Positions 1-7,794 of a stretch of DNA of 32,000 bases are shown here, piece by piece. Both the position numbers and the translations under genes were made by a program. This DNA comes from Candidatus Saccharimonadota bacterium (GTDB lineage Bacteria; Patescibacteriota; Saccharimonadia; Saccharimonadales; Saccharimonadaceae), in assembly GCA_023898645.1 (NCBI GenBank), contig CP060232.1, positions 1 through 32,000 on the forward strand, read 5' to 3'. Under the pieces are notes generated by a model, which saw only the letters and a program-made list of their open reading frames with translations, made no database searches and had not been told where the DNA came from. Within the stretch, counting starts at the first letter, position 1. The number at the start of each line of letters is the position of its first letter.

Positions 1-21
1 CTGTACTTATGTTCAAATTTC

Positions 22-30
22 TGGTAAAAT
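22..30 (+). promoter_or_regulatory. Possible extended -10 promoter element (TGGTAAAAT) upstream of the first gene
   Basis: TGnTAnAAT-type 9-mer ending 20 nt before the ATG at 51. No convincing -35, and the window edge truncates the context. Confidence 0.25.
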
Positions 31-50
31 ATACACGAAAGTGACCTCTG

Positions 51-2984
51 ATGAAAACACCTTTGGATGTTAATGCCAGGGTGGGCGAAATGGCTGACCC
101 GAATAGCAAAAGACGGGAGGGCTTACGACGTGCCCAAAAACAGGCTGAAATAGACGCTACATCAAACCAAGATACACATAATAGATCGTCTAGTTTTTCG
201 ACCAGCTCACTAAAAGATCTTGAAGAAACCGGTAGTAAAACCACATCTCAAAGCAATCAATCGTCAGTACGATACCGACCACAATCTAATCGCACTAGAG
301 GGGCGTCTAAATACTTACAGCGGCTTACAAAAATAAAACTACAAGGTAAAAGCTCTATGGCGGCTGTCATTATGGCGGTATTTCTAGGTGGTGGATTTTT
401 GACTATATTATTTTCGCCTAGCTTAGCGATTGTCGAGATGAAGGAAGTGCTTACTCAAGCACTTAACGACCAGCTACATGCCGTTGATTCACGCTCGACG
501 TCGCTTTTTAAGGCAACAATGAAAGGTCCGGCTTCATGCGGAATGGTTGCTGTATGTAAAAAGTTTTCAACCATGTCGACGAACGAAGTAAAAGAATTTG
601 AAAAAAATAAGAGCGGTATAAAAATCGACAGAGAAATGATTGATGCCGAAAATGGAAAGGTAACAAAGGTCACCTTTACAAACGAAACGGGGAAGGTAAC
701 ATCGATCACGAGTGATGTGGAATTACAAAATTCTCTTAAGAATAATGTCGAATTTAAAGCCGCTTGGACAAAGGGATTTAATCCACAATATAAAAGCTTG
801 TCCGATCCGCTGGTTAAAAAAGTCCTCTACAAGCTAAAGGCGACAAAGAATGAAGATATAAGTGGTAAGAACGACGAGGAGCGCCAGAAAAAACTCAACC
901 AAGCGGCTGGTGGTGTTGAAAATACCGGCGCCAAAACAATTACCGAAGTAACAGACAAAAACGGTAACAAGACATACATCGATGAAAACGGTAATCCGAT
1001 CGATCCGAGTAAGGTCGACTCCGCCAGTGCGATGGAAAAACGCATCGAAGGGTACGTGTCACATGGCGGTACGGCAGGTGTGTTAAAGAATGCCACCGTC
1101 GGAGCAGTCGCAGTAGATGGAGCTGCAGACACCGCTTGTACGCTCTTTAACGGCATTAGGCACGTATCAGCATTAGCGAAGGATATTAAGAAAGCTCAGA
1201 TAGCACGTTATGCGCTCGCGCTCGTACTAACACCCGCCGATCGTATAAAGGCTGGTGATGCGACCGAAGCTGAAACGAATTTCGTCGGCAATACCCTCAT
1301 GGCGAGCACACCATCTTCACAAGTGCTCGATGAATCGAAATTATCAAAAACTGCAATCGGCAAACCACCGACAATTGCGAGTACAGACATCGGTAGTGCG
1401 TTCGATTCAAAAGGTTACAAATTAGCATCCGGAGAATCAATTGGCAAACTCACAGCTAACGATGCGCGCTTTGCGCTTGGCGGGGGCGGATCACCGGCAA
1501 TTCTCGACACCGTTACAAGAGATATCTCTAAAGTTGTTAATGGCGGCAATTCAGACCCGAAGGCTCTGAGTAAAAAATGTAGTTACATACAAAGCTGGTT
1601 TGTGCGCGGAGGTGCGCTAGCTGCTGGAATTGTAACTGGCGCAGCGACTCTTGGAATATCGACGCTCGTCATTGGCGGTGCGTCGTTCGCACTACAACTC
1701 GCAGCTCCGTTAATCGAATCAGCTCTTGGTGACATGATTGCTGGCGACGTCGTGAAAGATATATCCGGCTACGACAGTGGTAATGCAGTTTACGCCGGTA
1801 GCGCCGGCATGCTTGGTGACATAGCTGAAAATAGAGGCATGGCTCCAGTTACCACTCAAGGTGGCGCTGATTACCTAGCTGAAAACCGTCAAACCACTGC
1901 GCAATATGCGTCACTTAGCCGCTACATGGCGCGCACGACGCCATTTGACATCAGTAACCGATATTCATTCCTAGGCTCTATCGTTTCAACCCTGATACCA
2001 ATTGCAGAACAGTCAAAATCTAGCGCCAGTATGGCGATGATGAATATTGCTGCGCTCATACCAAATTCGTTTGCTAGCATCTACCAACCAGCAGCCGGAG
2101 CACTGTCGAGTAATTATTTTGGTCAATGTAACGATATGACATATCAATCACTTGGCATAGATGCGGGGCCATTCTGCGAAGTTCGCCACTGGATGAGCAA
2201 TAAAGAACTTGCTATAGATCCCGTTCAAAATGCCATCTGGATGGCAAATAGTGGCAACATCGACCCGTCGAGTGAAACAGGTGACGCAAAGGACAATGGC
2301 CAAGACTGGAACTACGTTAAATTCCTTGATCAATGTGCGCATCGCACCGCCGGATGGGGTGAACCTCAGGACGAAAACGGTGGTGGCGATGGAAGTAATT
2401 GCCTCAACCCTAAGTACCAGGACATGAATGAACATTTCCGCGTTTACACAATGGATCAATCACTAAAGACATCTATGGATACCGTAGATCAAACCCAATC
2501 AAATCTACCTGGTACTACTGGCTTCGCTGACGGGCAAACTACTTCGGTCAGTTCCGACGGCTGGGCGTATCCGACAGCAAAAGACGACACCATAACATTC
2601 GGCTATCAGCCTGGTCATGAAGGAGTAAATATAGCTGATAAAAATTCTACGGCGACAATCGGTCAACCGATTTTTGCAGTTTACGACGGAAGGGTTGTAG
2701 CCGCCGGACCATCCCTAAACTACGGTAATTGGATCGTGCTCGAACATCAGGTAAAAAATCAGACGATGTCGACCGTCTATGCTTACATGAATAATGATGG
2801 TGTGCTTGTACGCGCAGGCGACACGGTGAAAGCAGGGCAAGAAATTGGCCGCATAGGCACTAATGGTAGCGGGAATAGACCGTATCTATACTTTGAACTA
2901 TGGCAGGGGCAAGCACTTAATAATGGTACACGTGTTGATCCGACAGAAATACTCAACAAGGCGCAAGGAGCAAAAAATGCTTAG
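51..2984 (+). CDS. Large membrane-anchored envelope protein with a C-terminal degenerate (probably non-catalytic) LytM/M23-like domain
   Basis: 977-aa ORF. Basic, disordered N-terminus, then a hydrophobic helix MAAVIMAVFLGGGFLTILF and a Gly/Ala-rich hydrophobic block (GGALAAGIVTGAATLGISTLVIGGASFALQLAAPLI). The last ~125 aa follow the M23 fold pattern (GHEGVNIA..YDGRVV..GNWIVLEH..YAYMNN..VKAGQEIGRIGTNGSGNRPYLYFELW), but the Zn and catalytic residues are substituted. The exact start is uncertain (ATG 51, or the internal Met at MADPNSK). Confidence 0.85.
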   Translation: MKTPLDVNARVGEMADPNSKRREGLRRAQKQAEIDATSNQDTHNRSSSFSTSSLKDLEETGSKTTSQSNQSSVRYRPQSNRTRGASKYLQRLTKIKLQGKSSMAAVIMAVFLGGGFLTILFSPSLAIVEMKEVLTQALNDQLHAVDSRSTSLFKATMKGPASCGMVAVCKKFSTMSTNEVKEFEKNKSGIKIDREMIDAENGKVTKVTFTNETGKVTSITSDVELQNSLKNNVEFKAAWTKGFNPQYKSLSDPLVKKVLYKLKATKNEDISGKNDEERQKKLNQAAGGVENTGAKTITEVTDKNGNKTYIDENGNPIDPSKVDSASAMEKRIEGYVSHGGTAGVLKNATVGAVAVDGAADTACTLFNGIRHVSALAKDIKKAQIARYALALVLTPADRIKAGDATEAETNFVGNTLMASTPSSQVLDESKLSKTAIGKPPTIASTDIGSAFDSKGYKLASGESIGKLTANDARFALGGGGSPAILDTVTRDISKVVNGGNSDPKALSKKCSYIQSWFVRGGALAAGIVTGAATLGISTLVIGGASFALQLAAPLIESALGDMIAGDVVKDISGYDSGNAVYAGSAGMLGDIAENRGMAPVTTQGGADYLAENRQTTAQYASLSRYMARTTPFDISNRYSFLGSIVSTLIPIAEQSKSSASMAMMNIAALIPNSFASIYQPAAGALSSNYFGQCNDMTYQSLGIDAGPFCEVRHWMSNKELAIDPVQNAIWMANSGNIDPSSETGDAKDNGQDWNYVKFLDQCAHRTAGWGEPQDENGGGDGSNCLNPKYQDMNEHFRVYTMDQSLKTSMDTVDQTQSNLPGTTGFADGQTTSVSSDGWAYPTAKDDTITFGYQPGHEGVNIADKNSTATIGQPIFAVYDGRVVAAGPSLNYGNWIVLEHQVKNQTMSTVYAYMNNDGVLVRAGDTVKAGQEIGRIGTNGSGNRPYLYFELWQGQALNNGTRVDPTEILNKAQGAKNA

Positions 2985-4254
2985 ACGTCTACTCGCACTC
3001 GTTCTAACTGTCGTAATTATATCGAACCAGCTATGTGACGTCGCAAGGGCAGCTTCAACATATGATCAACAATTTTATTCGGGCAACGACATATTGTTTT
3101 ACGACCCGCGCTGCAGTAGCGGCCAGGCAACTGGTTACGTAACACTAAATGGTAAAGATAATCTGGAAAAAATACTTACATTCTTCATGCAACACGGGCT
3201 AACATTGGCGCAAGCTAGTGGCATCGCCGGTAACTTCATGGCGGAGTCCGGCCTTGACCCAACTATCATCCAAGGAGGAGGTCATGCACAGTCAGGAAGT
3301 GGCTACTCGCCAGTGTCCGGCGTAGGCTTCGGACTTGCTCAATGGACATCCGGCGGGCGTCAAACGGGACTCGTCCAAGAAACTCAACAGCTCGGCGTAG
3401 ACGTCACTGACCTAGGGGGGCAACTGTCTTACGCGTGGAAAGAATTGTCCGTAAACTACCCGAACACATTAGTTGCACTCAAAGCCACAGATAATCCTGT
3501 TGATGCCGCGGTTACCGTTCATGACGGATATGAAAGTTCGGCCGACTCTCGTGCAGCCGTCGTGAATAATCGCGGTGGCAACGCGCAAAAATTTTATAAC
3601 ATGTATAGCGATGCACCAGCCCTCGCCGGTTCGACAAGCGATGTTAAATCACTTAGTAATGTATCTTCCAACGGCTCGTCGAGTACGACTAGCGGCGCTT
3701 GTGTTTCACCCGGCTTTGGTAATGGCGACATTCAAAACATGGTCAAGCAGTACGCTTGGTCGCAATACATCAGCTACAGTTCAAACTTATTACCCGAAAC
3801 AGGCGGAAGAACCGTCTTTGCATCTGATCAAACACCAGCCTATGCCGCAGCTGTAGTGAAGGCACACAGCGAAGATCGCTACACTGGCGGTATATCAGTT
3901 ATTGGCGATGACTGTGGTGGCTTCGTCAGTATACTTATGTACGACAGTGGCTTCGACAAAGGCTACAACTCAGGTGACAGAGGAGGTCCAACAACAGCTC
4001 AAGAGGCATGGTTAAGACAGAACTGGCAGCAGATAAGTTCAACCGATGCGACTGATCGTCAGCCTGGTGACGTCGCGATTAATAACGATCATACTTACGT
4101 CTACGTCGGCAATATACCAGGTTTCGGCAGTCAAATCGCATCAGCATCGGTATCTGGACCTGTACGAGCACCAATGGCCGGTCAGGAGTCTGTTGCTGAT
4201 TCGTCGTTCCGTTGGTATCGTAAAAAAGCAAACTTAACACCGGCTAATTTATAA
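2977..4254 (+). CDS. Secreted bifunctional peptidoglycan hydrolase: lysozyme-like N-domain (CwlT / phage-tail-lysozyme type) plus NlpC/P60-like cysteine peptidase C-domain
   Basis: Start taken at ATG 2977 (MLRRLLALVLTVVIISNQL.., a signal-peptide-like N-terminus), overlapping the upstream stop by 8 nt. The motif GIAGNFMAESGLDP..GFGLAQWT has a candidate catalytic Glu at 3244-3246. The C-domain has DDCGGFVS (Cys 3913-3915) and GDVAINNDHTYVYVG (His 4090-4092), resembling the NlpC/P60 DCSGxV and HVxIYxG motifs. Confidence 0.8.
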   Translation: MLRRLLALVLTVVIISNQLCDVARAASTYDQQFYSGNDILFYDPRCSSGQATGYVTLNGKDNLEKILTFFMQHGLTLAQASGIAGNFMAESGLDPTIIQGGGHAQSGSGYSPVSGVGFGLAQWTSGGRQTGLVQETQQLGVDVTDLGGQLSYAWKELSVNYPNTLVALKATDNPVDAAVTVHDGYESSADSRAAVVNNRGGNAQKFYNMYSDAPALAGSTSDVKSLSNVSSNGSSSTTSGACVSPGFGNGDIQNMVKQYAWSQYISYSSNLLPETGGRTVFASDQTPAYAAAVVKAHSEDRYTGGISVIGDDCGGFVSILMYDSGFDKGYNSGDRGGPTTAQEAWLRQNWQQISSTDATDRQPGDVAINNDHTYVYVGNIPGFGSQIASASVSGPVRAPMAGQESVADSSFRWYRKKANLTPANL

Positions 4255-4257
4255 ATT

Positions 4258-4890
4258 ATGTATTACGATTTCATTCATCAGCACAAACAGCAATTTAAAA
4301 TAGCTGGTATCGCATTTATAGTGCTCGTAGTATGGTGGGGGATTGCAACATTCGTCGACCAAAATGGCAAGATTCCGGTTGTCGTATCGGTCGTACCTAG
4401 TGATGCGACTGTCACGTTTAACGGCAAAAGTGAAGGAAATGGCACACACTATTTACCAGCTGGGTCATATGAAGTGACTGTTCGTAAAGATGGGTTTAAA
4501 ACTGAAACGGAACAGGTGATAGTTACTGGTAAAAAACAACAAAATGTCGTCGCTGCATCGCTTACCGCCGAGAGTACTGATGCGAAAAAGTGGGCAAAAG
4601 AACATTCTGATGATTATGCAAAAAATCAAGCATATGGCGCCATCGAAGCTAATAGTAACGGAAGTTATTTTACCGCTAAAAACCCAATCACAACCAAGCT
4701 GCCCTATAATGACCCGTACTTCACGATTGGCTATATCGTCAACAAAGACCAGTCTATTACTTTGACCGTAGTAACACCGTCACCACGTTACCGATTCTAC
4801 GCCGTGCAACAAATCCGCGATCTCGGCTATGATCCGACTGATTTCAAAATTATGTTCAAGGATTTTCATAATCCGCTGGAGCAGAAATGA
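4258..4890 (+). CDS. Membrane-anchored PEGA-domain protein
   Basis: 210 aa. N-terminal TM helix (IAGIAFIVLVVWWGIATF) followed by a PEGA-like beta motif (VVSVVPSDATVTFNGKSEGNGTHYLPAGSYEVTVRKDGFKTETEQVIV). Starts 3 nt after the upstream stop. Confidence 0.75.
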   Translation: MYYDFIHQHKQQFKIAGIAFIVLVVWWGIATFVDQNGKIPVVVSVVPSDATVTFNGKSEGNGTHYLPAGSYEVTVRKDGFKTETEQVIVTGKKQQNVVAASLTAESTDAKKWAKEHSDDYAKNQAYGAIEANSNGSYFTAKNPITTKLPYNDPYFTIGYIVNKDQSITLTVVTPSPRYRFYAVQQIRDLGYDPTDFKIMFKDFHNPLEQK

Positions 4891-5360
4891 ACGAACAAAT
4901 AAAATTAACGCTAATTATTATCGTATCCGTGATTGTCGGTGTCGGCGCCTTTACTTACGGCGCACTAACAGCAAACCCCGATCAAAAACAGACCTCAGTA
5001 GTCGCATCTACACCTAAGCCAGCAAAGATCGATTTGACGAAACAGCTACAAACCGAGCGCTCAACAATAATTGGCGTACTAACAAGTGCATACCCGAAAA
5101 TCAGCTCCGATTATACAATTGCCGACGGCAAGCTTTATAACAAAGGGGAGTGGTACGGCACCACGTTAACATACCACGGAAAAGACACCTTAAGTCGCGA
5201 CACACTCCGCGTACTCATGCAAAAAAAGCAGGGTCTATGGATACTACGAACAACTCCGCCACGCCTACTACTTTCGACTGTTGAATTCCCAGATGTGCCA
5301 AAATCCATACTCACCGCAATCAACCAACCTGTTAGCTTGCCAGCTGGTAGCGAAAACTAG
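4887..5360 (+). CDS. Small membrane-anchored hypothetical protein
   Basis: 157 aa. N-terminal TM helix (LTLIIIVSVIVGVGAFTYGAL). ATGA start/stop overlap with the upstream gene, and GGAG lies 5 nt upstream of the ATG. Confidence 0.7.
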   Translation: MNEQIKLTLIIIVSVIVGVGAFTYGALTANPDQKQTSVVASTPKPAKIDLTKQLQTERSTIIGVLTSAYPKISSDYTIADGKLYNKGEWYGTTLTYHGKDTLSRDTLRVLMQKKQGLWILRTTPPRLLLSTVEFPDVPKSILTAINQPVSLPAGSEN

Positions 5361-6391
5361 CGAAGACGAATAACCCTAGCATCGCCAACGACACTTGGTG
5401 GATTCGTACTCGTCATAATAATCTGATGATTCTGAAATTTCGTCGCTAAATGCGCTTGGCGCTTGTCGTCCAACTCGCTCAGTACGTCGTCGAGTAGTAC
5501 AACCGGTGGTAGGCCAGTTACCTCCTGTAATATATCGACTTCTAGGAACTTTAGAGCCAGTATAATCGTACGAACCTCACCGCGCGACGCCGAACTAACG
5601 GCAGGCGTGTCATTGAAACGAAAAAGCACGTCATGCCTATGAGGACCCACCGACGTAAACCCAAGCAACTGATCACGTTCCATACAAGACTCTAATTCAG
5701 TAAGTAATTTCTGCTCAGTATTGTCGATAAGTGTATGCGAGTAATGCAACGTTGCTACATCACGCGTCTGCGCAATTGTCTTATACGTCGAACCGAGTCC
5801 GGCATTTAGTCGCTCAATCAATCGCACGCGCACGTCGATCATCTGAGCGCCATATTTCGCAAGGCTAACGTTCCACGCAAACAACGTGTCGCCGCTAGCA
5901 CCACTTTTGAGAAGCTTATTGCGCTGAGCAAGTGATCGCTCATAACGACGAACGACTTTACTGTAATCGGGTATTAGCTGCGCTGCAAAACGATCGATAA
6001 ATTGACGGCGCCTGGTTGGCGACCCGTGTAAAAGTCGTAGATCGTCCGGCTCAAACAATACCACTGGGTAACGAGACGCAGCCGGCAGGCGAATACTCGA
6101 TTTATCATCAATAATAAACTGCTTTTTCTTAGGTGCTTCCGGTTGATACTTCACTGTCCGTGTCTGATCGTCAAACTGTATATCAATCCGCCACCACTCT
6201 GCATCACGACGCAACAGCTCTTGGTCGCTACCTTTAAACGAATGACCAGAGAGCGCCATAGTGACCGCTTCGATAAGTGTCGTCTTGCCACTGCCATTCG
6301 GTCCAGTTACAACCGTCACGGCATGCGAAAACGTACGCGAAAATTTTCGATGAGAGCGAAAGTTTTCAACGGTCAGCGACCTAATAATCAC
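5357..6391 (-). CDS. recF: DNA replication and repair protein RecF
   Basis: 344 aa with a GTG start. Walker A GPNGSGKTTLIEA, SMC/RecF-like signature ASRGEVRTIILALKF, Walker B VVLLDDVLSELD. Conserved position after dnaN. Confidence 0.9.
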   Translation of the reverse strand: MIIRSLTVENFRSHRKFSRTFSHAVTVVTGPNGSGKTTLIEAVTMALSGHSFKGSDQELLRRDAEWWRIDIQFDDQTRTVKYQPEAPKKKQFIIDDKSSIRLPAASRYPVVLFEPDDLRLLHGSPTRRRQFIDRFAAQLIPDYSKVVRRYERSLAQRNKLLKSGASGDTLFAWNVSLAKYGAQMIDVRVRLIERLNAGLGSTYKTIAQTRDVATLHYSHTLIDNTEQKLLTELESCMERDQLLGFTSVGPHRHDVLFRFNDTPAVSSASRGEVRTIILALKFLEVDILQEVTGLPPVVLLDDVLSELDDKRQAHLATKFQNHQIIMTSTNPPSVVGDARVIRLR

Positions 6392-6403
6392 AGTCGAAAA
6401 ATC

Positions 6404-7507
6404 CTAGCTCTTTAACGGCATAATAATATGCTGATAATCAGCCTCTTTTTCATCAGCAGCCGAAAGGACGCAAGGGGAAAGCTTGCCACTAAATCGGAAA
6501 ACAACCTTGTTGGCATCTACGACACCAAGCGCCTCTGTAAGATAACGAGAATTAAGTGTCACTTGACCGTCAGCACTCACTTCGGCAGCTGTTTCGGATG
6601 TATTTTCACCAAGTTCACTAGCGACAGAGTGGAGTGATAATCGATCTTTTTCCTCATCTGCTGTTATCGTCACGCTTCCACCAGATTCGCGCGCAAACAG
6701 ACCAGCAACTTTCGTAATTTGTGCAAAATCTGATCGAGCAACAGTAATGACCGACTCTGATGTTGCCGGTATCAACTGCCTATAATCAGGGAAGTTTCCA
6801 TCTATCAATCGACTCGTAATCTCCGCGTCGTTAAGGCGAAACCTTACTTGCGACTCGTCAAAAAGTATCTCAACTTCGTTTACGTCATCACCTAGCATTC
6901 GCAATACTTCCTGAAGTGTACTTGTAGGTATAATGGCTGCCACGTCACTCTTTGTCTGTACTAATCGTTTTTCAGATAGGCGATACCCATCAGTTGCAGC
7001 CAAGTAAAGTGCGCCGTCATGAGAATGCCAATATACGCCAGTTAATACAGGGCGAGTTGCATCGCTACTAGTAGTTAGGATTGTCTGGCCAATGGCCTGC
7101 TTGAGCTCACTTGTATCGATCGCATAGCTTACAGCCGTCTTGTCGTTGATAGTTGGCAGTTCCGGAAAATCATCCGCAAGCGTGCCATTGATTGTTGAGT
7201 TATAGCCATCAGCAGTGATGTGAAGTTTATTGTCGGTCACCCGTAACGTGACTGTCGTTTTAGGCAGACTAGCAACGAATTCAGTAATTAAGCGAGCGGG
7301 GACGGTGATTGCACCTTTGTTTACAATTTTCGCACCAATATGTTGAGTTGTTGCGATTTCTAGGTTTGTTGCTGCAACCATTAATCTGTGCCCGTCAGTC
7401 CTTAAAAGAATATTTCCTAGTATAGGTAACTGTGTTTTTGAACTTGCTACGCGTGAAGCTGCACCGAGCGCACGGGTGAGATTTTCTTGTGTGACGGATA
7501 GTTCCAT
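6404..7507 (-). CDS. dnaN: DNA polymerase III beta sliding clamp
   Basis: 367 aa of typical beta-clamp length, with an N-terminus (MELSVTQENLTRAL..LPILGNILL) that matches the family and a three-domain repeat feel. Lies in dnaA-dnaN-recF synteny. Confidence 0.93.
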   Translation of the reverse strand: MELSVTQENLTRALGAASRVASSKTQLPILGNILLRTDGHRLMVAATNLEIATTQHIGAKIVNKGAITVPARLITEFVASLPKTTVTLRVTDNKLHITADGYNSTINGTLADDFPELPTINDKTAVSYAIDTSELKQAIGQTILTTSSDATRPVLTGVYWHSHDGALYLAATDGYRLSEKRLVQTKSDVAAIIPTSTLQEVLRMLGDDVNEVEILFDESQVRFRLNDAEITSRLIDGNFPDYRQLIPATSESVITVARSDFAQITKVAGLFARESGGSVTITADEEKDRLSLHSVASELGENTSETAAEVSADGQVTLNSRYLTEALGVVDANKVVFRFSGKLSPCVLSAADEKEADYQHIIMPLKS

Positions 7508-7512
7508 TGTTA

Positions 7513-7794
7513 TTACCTTTCTAGTTTATATACTTCGTAGTGGTTATTATAGGCGCTGTGGAAAGTGCGGATAACAGCTTCATAAACGGGGGCGGAACGA
7601 GGCATATTGATTGTGGACAAAGACGTGAGGAAAGGTCGGATGAAATGGGTGAAAGTAAGGGCTTTTACACGTTCAAATGTTGTACTTGTAGGGCTTTGTC
7701 GGCCAACTGTGGACATGTGTCCGCTAACATTCACCAGCTTGTCCGCAAGCTTTTCGCAGGTTTTCCCCAGCCCAAAATGAGAAGTACTATACAT
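7513..7794 (-). CDS. Possible small hypothetical protein (93 aa) filling the dnaA-dnaN gap
   Basis: The ATG (7792-7794) overlaps the dnaA stop by 8 nt (ATGTATAG). AAGGGAG (7802-7808) lies 7 nt upstream. The stop TAA is 5 nt before the dnaN ATG. I recognise no family, and the region also carries DnaA-box-like 9-mers, so it may be non-coding. Confidence 0.35.
   Translation of the reverse strand: MYSTSHFGLGKTCEKLADKLVNVSGHMSTVGRQSPTSTTFERVKALTFTHFIRPFLTSLSTINMPRSAPVYEAVIRTFHSAYNNHYEVYKLER
7557..7769. promoter_or_regulatory. Cluster of DnaA-box-like 9-mers in the dnaA-dnaN intergenic region (possible second oriC segment)
   Basis: Plus-strand TGTGGAAAG 7557-7565, TGCGGATAA 7566-7574, TGTGGACAA 7612-7620 (reverse complement TTGTCCACA), TGTGGACAT 7708-7716. 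Weaker TTGTCCGCA 7739-7747 and TTTTCCCCA 7761-7769. Each has 1-2 mismatches to TTATCCACA. Confidence 0.45.

Noticed and set aside
2863-2976. The ORF-track version of the hydrolase gene starts at 2863 (MVAGIDRIYTL...).
   Set aside because: The extension lies wholly inside the upstream gene in another frame. The signal-peptide-like sequence begins at Met 2977, which gives a typical 8-nt coupling overlap.
2560-2984. Calling the first protein an active M23 metallo-endopeptidase.
   Set aside because: Four of the five conserved metal or catalytic positions are substituted (D to N, and three H to Y), so I annotate it as a degenerate LytM domain.
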